This document shows positions 18,673 through 35,945 of a DNA stretch of 64,000 nucleotides, in pieces. The stretch comes from Candidatus Saccharimonadia bacterium. GTDB lineage: Bacteria; Patescibacteriota; Saccharimonadia; CAILAD01; BJGX01. Every line of letters starts with the position of its first letter. Within the stretch, counting starts at the first letter, position 1. The DNA is taken from NCBI GenBank assembly GCA_039738635.1, contig JBCLLN010000002.1:106-64105 (forward strand). Reading direction: 5' to 3'. The position numbers and the translations under genes were made by a program. Below the pieces are notes generated by a model, which was given only the letters and a program-made list of their open reading frames with translations, was not told where the DNA came from and made no database searches.

Positions 18673-19857
18673 TTACTTGAGAATCTTAGTTACTACTCCG
18701 GCTCCAACGGTTTTGCCACCCTCACGGATTGCAAATCGCAAACCATCATCCATAGCAATAGGGGCTAGCAACTTAACTACTACGCTAATGTTATCCCCTG
18801 GCATAACCATTTCTGTGCCTTCTGGCAATTCAACTTCGCCAGTTACATCAGTGGTGCGGAAGTAGAATTGTGGCTTGTAGCCCTTAACAAATGGTGTGTG
18901 GCGTCCGCCCTCATCTTTTTTAAGAACATATACTTCACATTCAAAGTCAGTGTGGGGGGTTATTGAGCCTGGCTTGGCGAGTACTTGCCCGCGTTCAATA
19001 TCATCGCGCTCAACGCCTCGCAGTAGTACTCCTACATTGTCTCCAGCCTGACCTTCGTCTAAGAGTTTCTTGAACATCTCAACGCCCGTAACTGTAGTCT
19101 TGGTGGTGTCTCTGATACCAATAATTTCTACTTCGTCATTAATATTAACCTTGCCTTGCTCAATACGACCAGTAGCTACTGTGCCACGGCCCTTAATTGA
19201 AAAGACATCTTCAATTGGCATCAAAAATGGCTTGTCGAGCTCTCTTTTAGGCTCAGGAATAAACTCATCCATAGCCTTAACAAGCTCCATAATAGAATCT
19301 TCGCTGGCAGCATCACCTTCTAGGGCTTTAAGTGCTGACCCTTTGATAATTGGCGCGTCCTTGTCAAATTCGTATTTTTCAAGCAGTTCTCTGATTTCAA
19401 TTTCTACGAGTTCAGCTAGCTCGGGGTCGGCCATATCCATCTTGTTCATAAAGACTAGTATTTTTGGCACTCCAACCTGTCGAGCCAATAGTACATGCTC
19501 TCTGGTTTGAGGCATAGGGCCGTCGGCAGCCGAAACCACTAGGATGGCTCCATCAATTTGGGCAGCGCCTGTAATCATGTTCTTGACATAATCGGCGTGT
19601 CCGGGCATATCAACATGAGCATAATGGCGCTTTTCGCTTTCATACTCCAGATGTGATGAGGCAATAGTAATACCACGCTCTTTTTCCTCTGGGGCGTTAT
19701 CAATTTCATCATAGGCAACTGGCTTGTTGATATCGCTAGGAACCTTTTTGGCTAGCACTGCTTTAATAGCAGCTGTTAGGGTAGTCTTACCATGGTCTAC
19801 ATGACCCATAGTTCCGACATTGACATGTGGCTTATCTCGCTTGAATTTTTCTGACAT
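18673..19857 (-). CDS. tuf: Elongation factor Tu
   Basis: 394 aa with [18 protein letters not shown] and NKMD motifs. Confidence 0.98.
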   Translation of the reverse strand: MSEKFKRDKPHVNVGTMGHVDHGKTTLTAAIKAVLAKKVPSDINKPVAYDEIDNAPEEKERGITIASSHLEYESEKRHYAHVDMPGHADYVKNMITGAAQIDGAILVVSAADGPMPQTREHVLLARQVGVPKILVFMNKMDMADPELAELVEIEIRELLEKYEFDKDAPIIKGSALKALEGDAASEDSIMELVKAMDEFIPEPKRELDKPFLMPIEDVFSIKGRGTVATGRIEQGKVNINDEVEIIGIRDTTKTTVTGVEMFKKLLDEGQAGDNVGVLLRGVERDDIERGQVLAKPGSITPHTDFECEVYVLKKDEGGRHTPFVKGYKPQFYFRTTDVTGEVELPEGTEMVMPGDNISVVVKLLAPIAMDDGLRFAIREGGKTVGAGVVTKILK

Positions 19858-19979
19858 TGGTACTCCTTAAATTTAATAAATACTATTACTTAATTGATTT
19901 TTTAGGTAATTTAAAATTACCTTATTGTTAGACCTCTCAATTATAGGGAGTGTTGGCTGATTTGTAAAGACTTATGTTG

Positions 19980-22094
19980 CTACCTATTATCGCCAGCTTC
20001 TCTGGATGCTGTGTATTTGCCTTTTAGGTCTTCGGCAACATTACTAGGAACCTCAGCATAATGATCGAATTGCATAGCGTAGGCTGCTCGGCCTTGAGTC
20101 ATACTGCGCAGTGTCGTAGCATACCCAAACATTTCTGCCAAAGGCACGAATGCTCGAATAATTTTAGCTCCACTACTATCCTCCATAGTATCCACGCGGC
20201 CTCGTTTGGAGCTAATATCGCCAATCACATCACCCATAAATGCCTCCGGAGTGGTTATTTCGGCGCGCATCATTGGCTCCATAATAACTGGATCGGCTTT
20301 CCTGACGCCTTCTTGCAAGGCCATAGAAGCGGCAATCTTAAAGGCAATCTCTGATGAATCTACATCATGATAACTACCGTCATAGAGCTTGCAATGCAAA
20401 TTTACTACTGGGTAACCAGCAATCACCCCATTGCGCATAGCTTCTTTTACGCCGGCCTCGACCGGTGCAATATATTCCCTAGGAATCGCACCCCCAACAA
20501 TGGCATTCTCAAATTCAAAAATTTGAGTTTTATCACTCTCTTCGGTGTGTACTAAGGGGCTAAGCTCAAGATAAACATGTCCATATTGACCACGGCCACC
20601 GGTCTGGCGTACGAATTTATGTTCAATTTGGGTAGTTCCCTTGATGGTTTCCCTAAAAGCTACCTGTGGCCTGCCGACATTAGCTTCCACCTTAAATTCT
20701 CGCCTCATACGATCTACCAGGACCTCCAGGTGAAGCTCCCCCATGCCGGCAATTATTGTCTGTCCAGATTCCTCGTCGGTGCTGACCCTAAAGGTGGGGT
20801 CTTCTTCAGCCAATCGACCCAGCGCAATGCCCATCTTCTCTTGGTCGGCCTTAGTCTTGGGTTCAATGGCGATATTAATAACTGGCTCAGGGAATTCGAT
20901 TGACTCTAGCAATACTTTATTAGTCTCGTCACAGAGAGTGTTTCCAGTAACGGTATTTTTAAGCCCTACCGCAGCAGCAATATCGCCAGCGTGCACCTCC
21001 TTAACTTCTACTCTAGTGTTAGCATGCATCCGAACCAACCTACCTATTCTCTCTCTTTCTCCGGTGCTGGCATTATAGACATAGCTACCAGATTTAAGAG
21101 TTCCAGTATAAACCCGGAAAAAACAGAGCTTGCCCACAAATGGGTCAGTAGCAATCTTGAAAGCCAAGCCAGCAAATGGTGCATCGTCGGCTACCTTAAG
21201 AACAACCTCATTGCCAGTTTTATCATCAATAGCCAGTGGTGGAGTTACATCTAGGGGGCTAGGCAAATAATCAACTATTAAATCTAAAAGTTTCTCGGCA
21301 ATAACTCCCCTACCATCTCCTCCAGCTACCAAGAAAAAGTCCCCACGCAAGACAGACTTACGAATGACAGTTTTAATCTCTGCCATTGTTAGCTCGGTGC
21401 CTTCAAGGTACTTTTCTAAAATAGTATCGTCGGACTCTACGGCTGCTTCAATAAGATGTTGGCGGTATTTATCTGTTTTAAGCTTCATGTCCTCGGGTAT
21501 TTCAATTTCTACTAGCTCTTTATCGGTATAGTCTTGATACTGATAGGCCTTCATCTCAACAACATCAATAATTCCGTTAATTTCTTGCTCAAAGCCAATG
21601 GGCAAATGGACAGGATAGGCGTGCTTGCTTAGCCGTTCATGGATAGATGCAAGGCTTTTATAAAAGTCTCCGCCAGTGCTGTTGATTTTATTGATAAAAC
21701 AAATCCTAGGAACCCCGTATTTGTCCGCTTGGCGCCATACTGTCTCGGATTGAGGTTCAACACCCATCTTGCCATCAAAGATGACACAGGCTCCGTCGAG
21801 CACCCGCAGGGAGCGCTCGACCTCTACGGTAAAGTCAATATGGCCTGGGGTGTCAATAATATTGATGAGGTTACCCCTCCAAAAACAGGTGGTGGCAGCT
21901 GATGTGATAGTAATGCCGCGCTCTTGTTCCTGCTCCATCCAGTCCATTGTAGCCTCACCTTGATGTACTTCTCCAATCTTATGGACTACTCCAGTGCGAT
22001 ATAAAATTCCTTCTGTAACAGTAGTCTTGCCAGCATCAATATGGGCAATAGTCCCAACATTTCGGGTGTTCTCTAAGCTATATTCACGAGCCAT
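19980..22094 (-). CDS. fusA: Elongation factor G
   Basis: 704 aa with [17 protein letters not shown] and NKIN motifs and a typical five-domain length. Confidence 0.98.
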   Translation of the reverse strand: MAREYSLENTRNVGTIAHIDAGKTTVTEGILYRTGVVHKIGEVHQGEATMDWMEQEQERGITITSAATTCFWRGNLINIIDTPGHIDFTVEVERSLRVLDGACVIFDGKMGVEPQSETVWRQADKYGVPRICFINKINSTGGDFYKSLASIHERLSKHAYPVHLPIGFEQEINGIIDVVEMKAYQYQDYTDKELVEIEIPEDMKLKTDKYRQHLIEAAVESDDTILEKYLEGTELTMAEIKTVIRKSVLRGDFFLVAGGDGRGVIAEKLLDLIVDYLPSPLDVTPPLAIDDKTGNEVVLKVADDAPFAGLAFKIATDPFVGKLCFFRVYTGTLKSGSYVYNASTGERERIGRLVRMHANTRVEVKEVHAGDIAAAVGLKNTVTGNTLCDETNKVLLESIEFPEPVINIAIEPKTKADQEKMGIALGRLAEEDPTFRVSTDEESGQTIIAGMGELHLEVLVDRMRREFKVEANVGRPQVAFRETIKGTTQIEHKFVRQTGGRGQYGHVYLELSPLVHTEESDKTQIFEFENAIVGGAIPREYIAPVEAGVKEAMRNGVIAGYPVVNLHCKLYDGSYHDVDSSEIAFKIAASMALQEGVRKADPVIMEPMMRAEITTPEAFMGDVIGDISSKRGRVDTMEDSSGAKIIRAFVPLAEMFGYATTLRSMTQGRAAYAMQFDHYAEVPSNVAEDLKGKYTASREAGDNR

Positions 22095-22165
22095 GGGTTC
22101 AAATTATCCTTTCGTTAGCGTAATTAAATAAAGCCGAAGATGAAGATACGGCCTAATCAGGTATG

Positions 22166-22194
22166 ATATTACATTATTTTAGCTAACTTATCAA
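22166..22194 (-). promoter_or_regulatory. sigma70-like promoter for fusA-tuf-rpsJ (TTGATA-17-TAATAT)
   Basis: On the minus strand, TTGATA is at 22194-22189 and TAATAT at 22171-22166, about 70 nt upstream of fusA. Confidence 0.55.
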
Positions 22195-22382
22195 GACAAA
22201 TATTATTTATTTAAGGCTCTCAAGCTAGCTTTAATTAAGGATATGACATGATTAATATTTACTTTTTTAAAATCATTCCGCCACACGCTTGCGAGCTTTT
22301 AAGCTAGGATATATAGTAGTAATAATAGTTTAAAACTGGCAATAGTGAGTAGGGAGGGTAGCTCATTATTGGACGGAGGCAA

Positions 22383-22964
22383 ATGGCTAATATTCTAGTC
22401 GATATCGACGACACTCTGGCTCAGACCCAATCTCATAATATAAATTACATCAAAAAGCAACATGGCAAAGATTACAACTTCTCGGATATGACCAGAGAAT
22501 ATCGTGAAGGTCATGACATAGAATACTCTAAATTAGTTGGCCAGTTCTTGCGTGACGAGCAAGTTATTGGTGAGGTCAAACCATATAGCTTTGCTCTAGA
22601 CTCGCTTAAGATGCTCCATCAGGCTGGGCACACCATACATATCGTTTCTGCGCGCCGTGAAAACCTACATAAAGTCACTGAGGATTGGCTTAGGGAGCAT
22701 GGATTTATTGATTATATTCATTTGATTCACCCGCGCTATTCAAACTTACACGGGAAGGATTTTAAGCTTAAAATTGCCCAAGATAATAACCTCACTATCG
22801 CCTTTGATGATACTTGGGATGTGTCCGAGGCTCTAGCTGGTGCTGGTGTAAGAGTGTTTTTAATTCATAAGCCCTGGAACCAAGACGAGGAACTGACTAG
22901 CAATATAGTACGCGTTGATGATTTCAGGGCAGGTGTAGAACTATTTTTGTCTGAACAAAGCTAG
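22383..22964 (+). CDS. HAD-superfamily hydrolase, NT5C-like 5'(3')-nucleotidase candidate
   Basis: It has the N-terminal DxDxT motif (VDIDDTLA) and a late FDDTWD acidic motif. GGAGG lies 5 nt upstream of the ATG. Confidence 0.55.
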   Translation: MANILVDIDDTLAQTQSHNINYIKKQHGKDYNFSDMTREYREGHDIEYSKLVGQFLRDEQVIGEVKPYSFALDSLKMLHQAGHTIHIVSARRENLHKVTEDWLREHGFIDYIHLIHPRYSNLHGKDFKLKIAQDNNLTIAFDDTWDVSEALAGAGVRVFLIHKPWNQDEELTSNIVRVDDFRAGVELFLSEQS

Positions 22965-22969
22965 GCAAA

Positions 22970-22997
22970 AAGGAGCCTCCTTATAAGGAGGCTCCTT
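22970..22997 (+). terminator. Perfect 13-bp palindromic hairpin after the HAD gene
   Basis: The sequence is aaggagcctcctt at aaggaggctcctt. Only a weak T-tract (ttgtggg) follows. Confidence 0.4.
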
Positions 22998-23053
22998 GTG
23001 GGAAATTAGCTAATCTATTGGTACACGCCCTGTAAATTGCAGAATCATTCTGT

Positions 23054-23059
23054 TATGAT
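23054..23059 (+). promoter_or_regulatory. -10 box TATGAT placed 6 nt upstream of the aldehyde dehydrogenase ATG (leaderless-type)
   Basis: The sequence is tgtTATGATgtaggcATG. Confidence 0.4.
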
Positions 23060-23065
23060 GTAGGC

Positions 23066-24436
23066 ATGAGACTATCTTCTACCAACCCTTCAAAAGCTTA
23101 CGAGGTAATCGGTAAAGTTGACACATCAACACCTGAGGACATAAATGCCAAAGTCGCCAAAGCACATTCGGCAAAGAAAAAATGGCGTGATATGAGAATC
23201 GTAGGTCGCATTGAGCTTTTATGTAAAGTCTCAGCTAAATTTGCTGAAAACAAAGAGCGTTTTGCACAACTAGAAGCCCAAGAAATGGGAATGCCTATAA
23301 AAGAGGCACTAGAGGATTTTGAATTTAGCTTAGAATACCTTGATTCTTATTTAGACAAAGGAAAAGAGTATTTAAAATCAGTCGTCACACTAGACAACGA
23401 CAAGGAAATACATGAGGTATTCCGTGAACCTTACGGTGTAACCGCCTGCATCGTGCCATGGAACTTTCCTTTCGCCAATTGGGTTTGGCAATGTGGTCAG
23501 AACTTAGTAGCCGGTAATACGGTTGTTTTTAAACATTCTGAAGAATCACAACTCTGTGGCAAACTGATTGAGGAAATTGTAAATAGTGTCCTGCCAGACG
23601 GCGTGTTTAATGAAGTGTACGGCGATGGTACGGTTGGAGCAATACTGGTTAACCAAGACGTTAATCTTATTTGTTTTACAGGTAGCACGAAGACCGGAAT
23701 AAAGATTAAGGAAACGGCCGCCAGTCGACTTATTCCAACTACTATGGAACTCGGTGGCTCTGCACCCGGCATAATCTTTGAAGATGCTGATATTGATGAA
23801 GTTTTAGAGGCTATCTTTACTTCTCGGTTTATGGCTTGTGGGCAGATGTGTGATGCACTGAAACGGCTTATTGTTCATGAAAGTAAGATCGAAGAAGTTA
23901 CTAGCAAGTTAGTACAACTTATTAAGACAAAGAAGTTAGGTGACGCCAGTAATGAAGATACTGACATTGGTCCACTAGTCGCTAAACGCCAATTGGATCT
24001 ACTTGAAGAACAAGTAGCAGATGCCATTGCTAAAGGTGCGAAAGTCGTCATTGGTGGTAAGAAACCTGAGGGACTAAGCGGTGCCTACTATGAGCCAACG
24101 CTATTAGCGAATATTACAAAAGATATGCGGGTATGGCAGGAGGAAGTTTTTGGTCCTGTTTTGCCTATTGTCCCCTACTCTGACGAAGACCAAGCTATCC
24201 GTATGGCCAATGACACTAAATATGGTTTAGGTGCCTACATTTTCACAAAAGACAACGAACGCTTTATGCGAGTTGCTCATCAGTTGGAGTCGGGCATGGT
24301 CAGCCAAAATACACTCAGCTACATCAACACTTGCAATCCATTCACAGGCTATAAAATGTCAGGTGGTGGCCGCGAACACGCTCAGTTTGGGTTTGAGGAC
24401 GTAACTCAGATCAAAGTAATTGCAAGAGAGAAATAA
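23066..24436 (+). CDS. Aldehyde dehydrogenase family protein
   Basis: 456 aa containing FTGSTKTG, MELGGSAP, the catalytic-Cys region CGQMCDALKRLIVHE, and EEVFGPVLPIV. Confidence 0.9.
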   Translation: MRLSSTNPSKAYEVIGKVDTSTPEDINAKVAKAHSAKKKWRDMRIVGRIELLCKVSAKFAENKERFAQLEAQEMGMPIKEALEDFEFSLEYLDSYLDKGKEYLKSVVTLDNDKEIHEVFREPYGVTACIVPWNFPFANWVWQCGQNLVAGNTVVFKHSEESQLCGKLIEEIVNSVLPDGVFNEVYGDGTVGAILVNQDVNLICFTGSTKTGIKIKETAASRLIPTTMELGGSAPGIIFEDADIDEVLEAIFTSRFMACGQMCDALKRLIVHESKIEEVTSKLVQLIKTKKLGDASNEDTDIGPLVAKRQLDLLEEQVADAIAKGAKVVIGGKKPEGLSGAYYEPTLLANITKDMRVWQEEVFGPVLPIVPYSDEDQAIRMANDTKYGLGAYIFTKDNERFMRVAHQLESGMVSQNTLSYINTCNPFTGYKMSGGGREHAQFGFEDVTQIKVIAREK

Positions 24437-24913
24437 TTAGTACCTGGCAAAGTGCGCAAAAGCTTTGTTGGCTTCAGCCATCTGATGAGTACTTTGCTTT
24501 TTCTTGACGGCATCGCCTTCGTTATTATAGGCAGCTACAAGCTCAATAGCCAGCTTCTTGTCAAAGCTCTTACCCTTTTTCTTGCGAGCCGAATCTAGCA
24601 TCCAAACCATAGCATAGTGAACCCTGCGATCACCTTTAACTTCTATCGGAACTTGGTAGTTAGCTCCACCAATTCGCTTTGATTTTACCTGTACTTGGGG
24701 GCTGACATTTTTAATAGCACCTTCAAAAACCTCTAGAGGCTCTTTTTTAGTTTTGGCGGCGGCCTGTTCAATGGCTTTATAGACTAGGTTTTCGGCTAGT
24801 CTCTTCTTGCCGTCGTGCATTACTTTATTAATCATCTTGGTTACCAGCACGCTATCATAAATGCGGTCAGCTGGCAATATTCTCTTTAAGGATTTTGTGA
24901 CTTTTCTTGGCAT
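24437..24913 (-). CDS. rpsG: 30S ribosomal protein S7
   Basis: Typical S7 (MPRKVTKSLKRILPADRIY...). Confidence 0.97.
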   Translation of the reverse strand: MPRKVTKSLKRILPADRIYDSVLVTKMINKVMHDGKKRLAENLVYKAIEQAAAKTKKEPLEVFEGAIKNVSPQVQVKSKRIGGANYQVPIEVKGDRRVHYAMVWMLDSARKKKGKSFDKKLAIELVAAYNNEGDAVKKKQSTHQMAEANKAFAHFARY

Positions 24914-24916
24914 AGT

Positions 24917-25342
24917 TTAGCTCTTCTTACTTTTGGTGTCTTTTTTAACACCATATTTACTTCGGCCTTGTTTGCGATCGCTGACACCACTAGTATCTAG
25001 GTGTCCTCGTACGATGTGATAGCGAACGCCACCAAGATCCTTAACCCGACCGCCACGAACCAACACTACTGAATGCTCTTGCAGGTTATGACCTTCCCCA
25101 GGAATATATGCTGTCACTTCCATACCATTAGTTAGGCGCACCCTGGCAACCTTACGCAGGGCTGAATTTGGCTTACGAGGTGTCTGGGTATAAACCTTAA
25201 CACAAACTCCACGCTTGAACGGAGAATTATTCTGGGTAACTTGGTTTTTAAGCGCATTAAAGGTTCGCCCTAATGCTGGTGATTTGGTCTTGATGCTCTT
25301 GCGAGAGCGTGGTTTGCGAATTAATTGATTGATTGTAGGCAT
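24917..25342 (-). CDS. rpsL: 30S ribosomal protein S12 (start trimmed to [10 protein letters not shown])
   Basis: This is the canonical S12 N-terminus. The track ORF begins 5 codons upstream at a TTG. Confidence 0.95.
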   Translation of the reverse strand: MPTINQLIRKPRSRKSIKTKSPALGRTFNALKNQVTQNNSPFKRGVCVKVYTQTPRKPNSALRKVARVRLTNGMEVTAYIPGEGHNLQEHSVVLVRGGRVKDLGGVRYHIVRGHLDTSGVSDRKQGRSKYGVKKDTKSKKS

Positions 25343-25358
25343 AATTTGTAACTTCAAT

Positions 25359-25383
25359 ACTCTACCAGATAGAAACTACCCAG

Positions 25384-25387
<4 letters not shown>
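25359..25387 (-). promoter_or_regulatory. Candidate internal promoter for rpsL-rpsG (TTGACT-17-TAGAGT) overlapping the rpoC stop
   Basis: On the minus strand, TTGACT is at 25387-25382 and TAGAGT at 25364-25359, 16 nt before the rpsL ATG. Confidence 0.35.
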
Positions 25388-32690
<7,303 letters not shown>

Positions 32691-32828
32691 AAATTTTGAG
32701 TTTCTCCTCTTGCATTGCTTAATTATTAATAAGATGAAGAAGAGGGGTTTCTAAAACTGTTAAAAAACCGGCACATTCCAGATTAGTGGAATAATTCCAG
32801 TGGTAGTTTAATCGTCCTCTATGACATT

Positions 32829-32857
32829 ATATTATGCTATTTTCATACTCTAGTCAA
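32829..32857 (-). promoter_or_regulatory. sigma70-like promoter for rpoBC (TTGACT-17-TAATAT)
   Basis: On the minus strand, TTGACT is at 32857-32852 and TAATAT at 32834-32829, leaving a leader of about 130 nt. Confidence 0.5.
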
Positions 32858-32996
32858 TAGTTTTATAAGGCAATTGTCTCCTAACTACAAGTAGTTTCTT
32901 ATCGGCATACTAGAGCTACAGGAACACAAATTCTTAGCTAAGACAGCTCAGGCACTGTGAGTAGCATCTATAAAGGATTGCATTTTATATTACTTA

Positions 32997-33005
32997 TGGT
33001 AGCAT
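32997..33005 (+). promoter_or_regulatory. Extended -10 (TGgTAGCAT) placed 6 nt upstream of ATG 33012 (leaderless-type)
   Basis: The sequence is ttaTGgTAGCATtacattATG. Confidence 0.4.
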
Positions 33006-33011
33006 TACATT

Positions 33012-35300
33012 ATGTACAAAAGGCTCAAAAGCATTAGCTTGAGTAAACCGCAGAAATTATCAAAGAAAACGACACTCTGGATTGTTGTAGTACTTTTTAT
33101 TCTGATTGGTGTTGGTATTATTTTTATCTCTCGTGCCGCCACCCCATCTTTTAGCGTAGAGCCAGAAAGTAGTGGTGAGCGAACGGGCTGTGCTACTATA
33201 GTTAACGACGCTACAGCATCAGGCGGCGCGTCTGTACAGTTTGGTGGTTCTGGCACTAGCTGTGCTGGTGCAGGTGCTCGTTTGCCAATTTCTATAGATA
33301 CGACACTAGGCACTTATGTGGCAACGAATGGAGATAATTCTCCGGGCACGGGCACAGGTACGAAAGACAAACCATACGCTACGTTGCAACATGCTATTGC
33401 CAACCCTTTAACAACCCTTACCGGCGATGACGTCGGCACTATTATAGTTCGGGGAGGGACCTATTACGGTGACGGTAACAGCGATATAACTACATCCAGA
33501 GCCGTGAAAATCATCGCCTATAAGGGCGAAACCCCTATCTTCACCGGAGCGGAAGATGTCTCCTCGACTGGCTGGGCTGATGCTGGAGAGGGACGCCTGA
33601 AACGGCCGTATACGCCTCAGCCATTTCTAAGTGATCCCAGCTTTAGCGACCCAGCCAATTTTCCAAATGTTAAGGATGCGGATGGCAATGATGTTAAGGA
33701 TGCGGACGGCAATCCGGTGCTTAATGACATAGGGAGACGTACCGACCAATTATGGGTTGGCGATAAACAATATAGGCAGGTTAAAACACTTGCCGAACTA
33801 ACAACAGAAACAGACCCAGCCAAGCCTGGCAAATTTTACGTGCCGATTCCTACAAATCTTGAAGAACCTGCACCCAGTGAGTTATACATGATGGCCACCG
33901 ATGTCAGCAAAGGAAATATACAGGTTTCTCGCAGAAAAGCTTTTATATACGCCACCAGAAAAACGACTCTTGAAGGTCTTCGCATTACACGTTTTGGGAA
34001 TAGCCCTAAACGACCAGTGGTCATTTTTATCACACCTGCTGGTGCAAGTTACTCTGTTAACGGTTCGGTTATGCGAAACGTTGAAATATCTGGCTCGGCA
34101 TTTGCTACAGTTCTTTTTAGAGGAGGTTCGTCTAGCACACGATCAACTGCAACCGTTGAGAATCCAACTATAATCAAAGATAATCTAATGCAAAATGTAA
34201 CTATCACCGAATCAAACTGGATGGGTGTTGTAGCTATGCTTACTAACGACTTAAAGCTTGACGCCGTTAAGATTTCAGGTATGAATCCTTTTGGTGAATT
34301 CAAAAATTCTCCCCAATCGGGAGCCCTAAAGACCAGCCGAACTCACCGCACGATCGTTACTAATAGCGAAATCACTAATAACGGAAGTCACGGTTTGTGG
34401 TTTGACGAGAGTAATTATGATATTCGAATCGCCAACAACCAGATTACCGGCAACAGAGGCGCTGGAGTGTTCTTTGAAATCTCAGATAAATTACTACTCG
34501 CCAACAACTACATAAGCTCGGCTCCTGACTATCAACCCGTCAAGATGGCTGGATCGTCAGGCTTAAGATTGATTAATAACACCATTGTAGGTGACAAAGA
34601 TCCAATTGGTCTATACACTGACAGTCGTTCAAAAGAAAACTGTTGGAACAGAGCCCGCGAGGGTGGACCTTGTGGTAAAGACAATCTCGTCTTGAGCGAC
34701 CGTCTTGGTGCCCTCGGAAGCAACTGGGATAAAATTCGTGTTGACTGTCCGCATGCAACCCAATCTTGTATTCCAGCCACGATGGACTGGAAACCTCGCT
34801 TGGACTTGATGCAGAACAATATCATTGCATATCCAAAATCTAACGGACTCTGTGCCACGACGGCGTTCTGTATTACTCCACGACATAGAACACCACCTAT
34901 TGCACCCGCACCAGAAATCATAGTTAATGCGCCTATCAATACCATAATCCACAAAGCCGATGACTTACGAGGCATACCTCAAACTATAATAAACGGGAAC
35001 GTTTATGCTTTAACCACTGATGGTGGGAGTCTCATAAGAATTGGCGCTGGAATCGATTTTGCGGCGGCAAACTACACGACTCTATTAGCTTTTAGAAATG
35101 CTATGGCTCCTCCCTCTCTCGTTGATATAGGTGGCTTTGAGCTTCTTGGACGCGTTGGCAACTCTTGGGTGAATGCTGACGGTAGCCCAACGGATGATCT
35201 CAAAAAAGTGCACAATACTGCCGTTGCAGTACCAACTGACGAACTGATTAACCAATACCTAGCTGCTGGCATCAAACACTTCGGCGTTACTTATAGATAA
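33012..35300 (+). CDS. Secreted right-handed parallel beta-helix protein (polysaccharide lyase/hydrolase-like) carrying the shared N-terminal module
   Basis: A signal peptide ending ISRAA is followed by TPSFSVEPES...DATASGGASVQFGG. PbH1-like repeats are present (NNGSHGLWFDESNYDIRIANNQITGNRGAGVFFEIS). It also contains the tandem VKDADGNDVKDADGNPV. Confidence 0.7.
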   Translation: MYKRLKSISLSKPQKLSKKTTLWIVVVLFILIGVGIIFISRAATPSFSVEPESSGERTGCATIVNDATASGGASVQFGGSGTSCAGAGARLPISIDTTLGTYVATNGDNSPGTGTGTKDKPYATLQHAIANPLTTLTGDDVGTIIVRGGTYYGDGNSDITTSRAVKIIAYKGETPIFTGAEDVSSTGWADAGEGRLKRPYTPQPFLSDPSFSDPANFPNVKDADGNDVKDADGNPVLNDIGRRTDQLWVGDKQYRQVKTLAELTTETDPAKPGKFYVPIPTNLEEPAPSELYMMATDVSKGNIQVSRRKAFIYATRKTTLEGLRITRFGNSPKRPVVIFITPAGASYSVNGSVMRNVEISGSAFATVLFRGGSSSTRSTATVENPTIIKDNLMQNVTITESNWMGVVAMLTNDLKLDAVKISGMNPFGEFKNSPQSGALKTSRTHRTIVTNSEITNNGSHGLWFDESNYDIRIANNQITGNRGAGVFFEISDKLLLANNYISSAPDYQPVKMAGSSGLRLINNTIVGDKDPIGLYTDSRSKENCWNRAREGGPCGKDNLVLSDRLGALGSNWDKIRVDCPHATQSCIPATMDWKPRLDLMQNNIIAYPKSNGLCATTAFCITPRHRTPPIAPAPEIIVNAPINTIIHKADDLRGIPQTIINGNVYALTTDGGSLIRIGAGIDFAAANYTTLLAFRNAMAPPSLVDIGGFELLGRVGNSWVNADGSPTDDLKKVHNTAVAVPTDELINQYLAAGIKHFGVTYR

Positions 35301-35332
35301 CGACTGAAACAACTTTTATAAGATAAAGCCAA

Positions 35333-35923
35333 CTACTTTTTAGATACAACTTTATCTACTATTCCATAGGCCTTGGCCTCGTCTGCGTCCATCCAGAAGT
35401 CGCGATCGCTATCATTGGTTATCTTATCAACTTTCTGGGTTGTCTTCTGGGCCAGTATCTGGTTAAGCTTTTCTCTTATTTTAATTATTTCTTTGGCGGT
35501 TATCTCGATATCCGATGCTGTGCCCTGGAATCCTCCAGATGGCTGGTGAATCATGACCCTGGAATTAGGTAGCGAAAATCGTTTGCCTTTTTGCCCACAA
35601 GCCAGTAGAAAGGCCCCCATACTAGCTGCCATGCCTACTACTATCGTACTGACATCTGGCTTAATTAGTTCCATTGTGTCATAAATAGCCAAGCCAGAGG
35701 TAACACTTCCGCCGGGGGAATTGATATAAATCTTAATATCGGCATGCTTGTCCTCGCTCTCTAAAAACAAAAGCTGGGCAATAACAAGATTAGCGACAGT
35801 ATCATCTATTTCGGTACCTAAAAATATTATCCTCTCTTTTAGAAGCCGAGAATAAATATCATAGGCGCGCTCTCCCATACTGGTCTTTTCAATAACTGTG
35901 GGGATCAGGATTTGATTCTTCAT
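35333..35923 (-). CDS. clpP: ATP-dependent Clp protease proteolytic subunit (start trimmed to [10 protein letters not shown])
   Basis: Typical ClpP ([38 protein letters not shown]). Confidence 0.95.
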   Translation of the reverse strand: MKNQILIPTVIEKTSMGERAYDIYSRLLKERIIFLGTEIDDTVANLVIAQLLFLESEDKHADIKIYINSPGGSVTSGLAIYDTMELIKPDVSTIVVGMAASMGAFLLACGQKGKRFSLPNSRVMIHQPSGGFQGTASDIEITAKEIIKIREKLNQILAQKTTQKVDKITNDSDRDFWMDADEAKAYGIVDKVVSKK

Positions 35924-35945
35924 AAGCTCTATTTTAGCACGCTTT

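Noticed and set aside
3391-21963. Many 60-150-aa ORFs in the track lie antisense to, or out of frame with, ribosomal-protein, secY, tuf and fusA genes. Examples are 3391..3726, 6767..7081, 8103..8592, 10781..11149, 13059..13349, 14641..14910, 19070..19510 and 20061..21963.
   Set aside because: They lie entirely inside strongly recognisable conserved genes on the other strand or frame. Their composition is low-complexity (Ser/Leu/Pro-rich) and they have no motifs. They are shadow ORFs.
33005-35275. Multiple antisense or alternative-frame ORFs inside the beta-helix gene (33005..33313, 33617..34303, 34532..34975, 35072..35275).
   Set aside because: They lie within a long, repeat-structured, clearly coding plus-strand ORF. 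Their composition is Arg/Ser/Leu-rich, typical of antisense frames of a moderately GC-rich gene.
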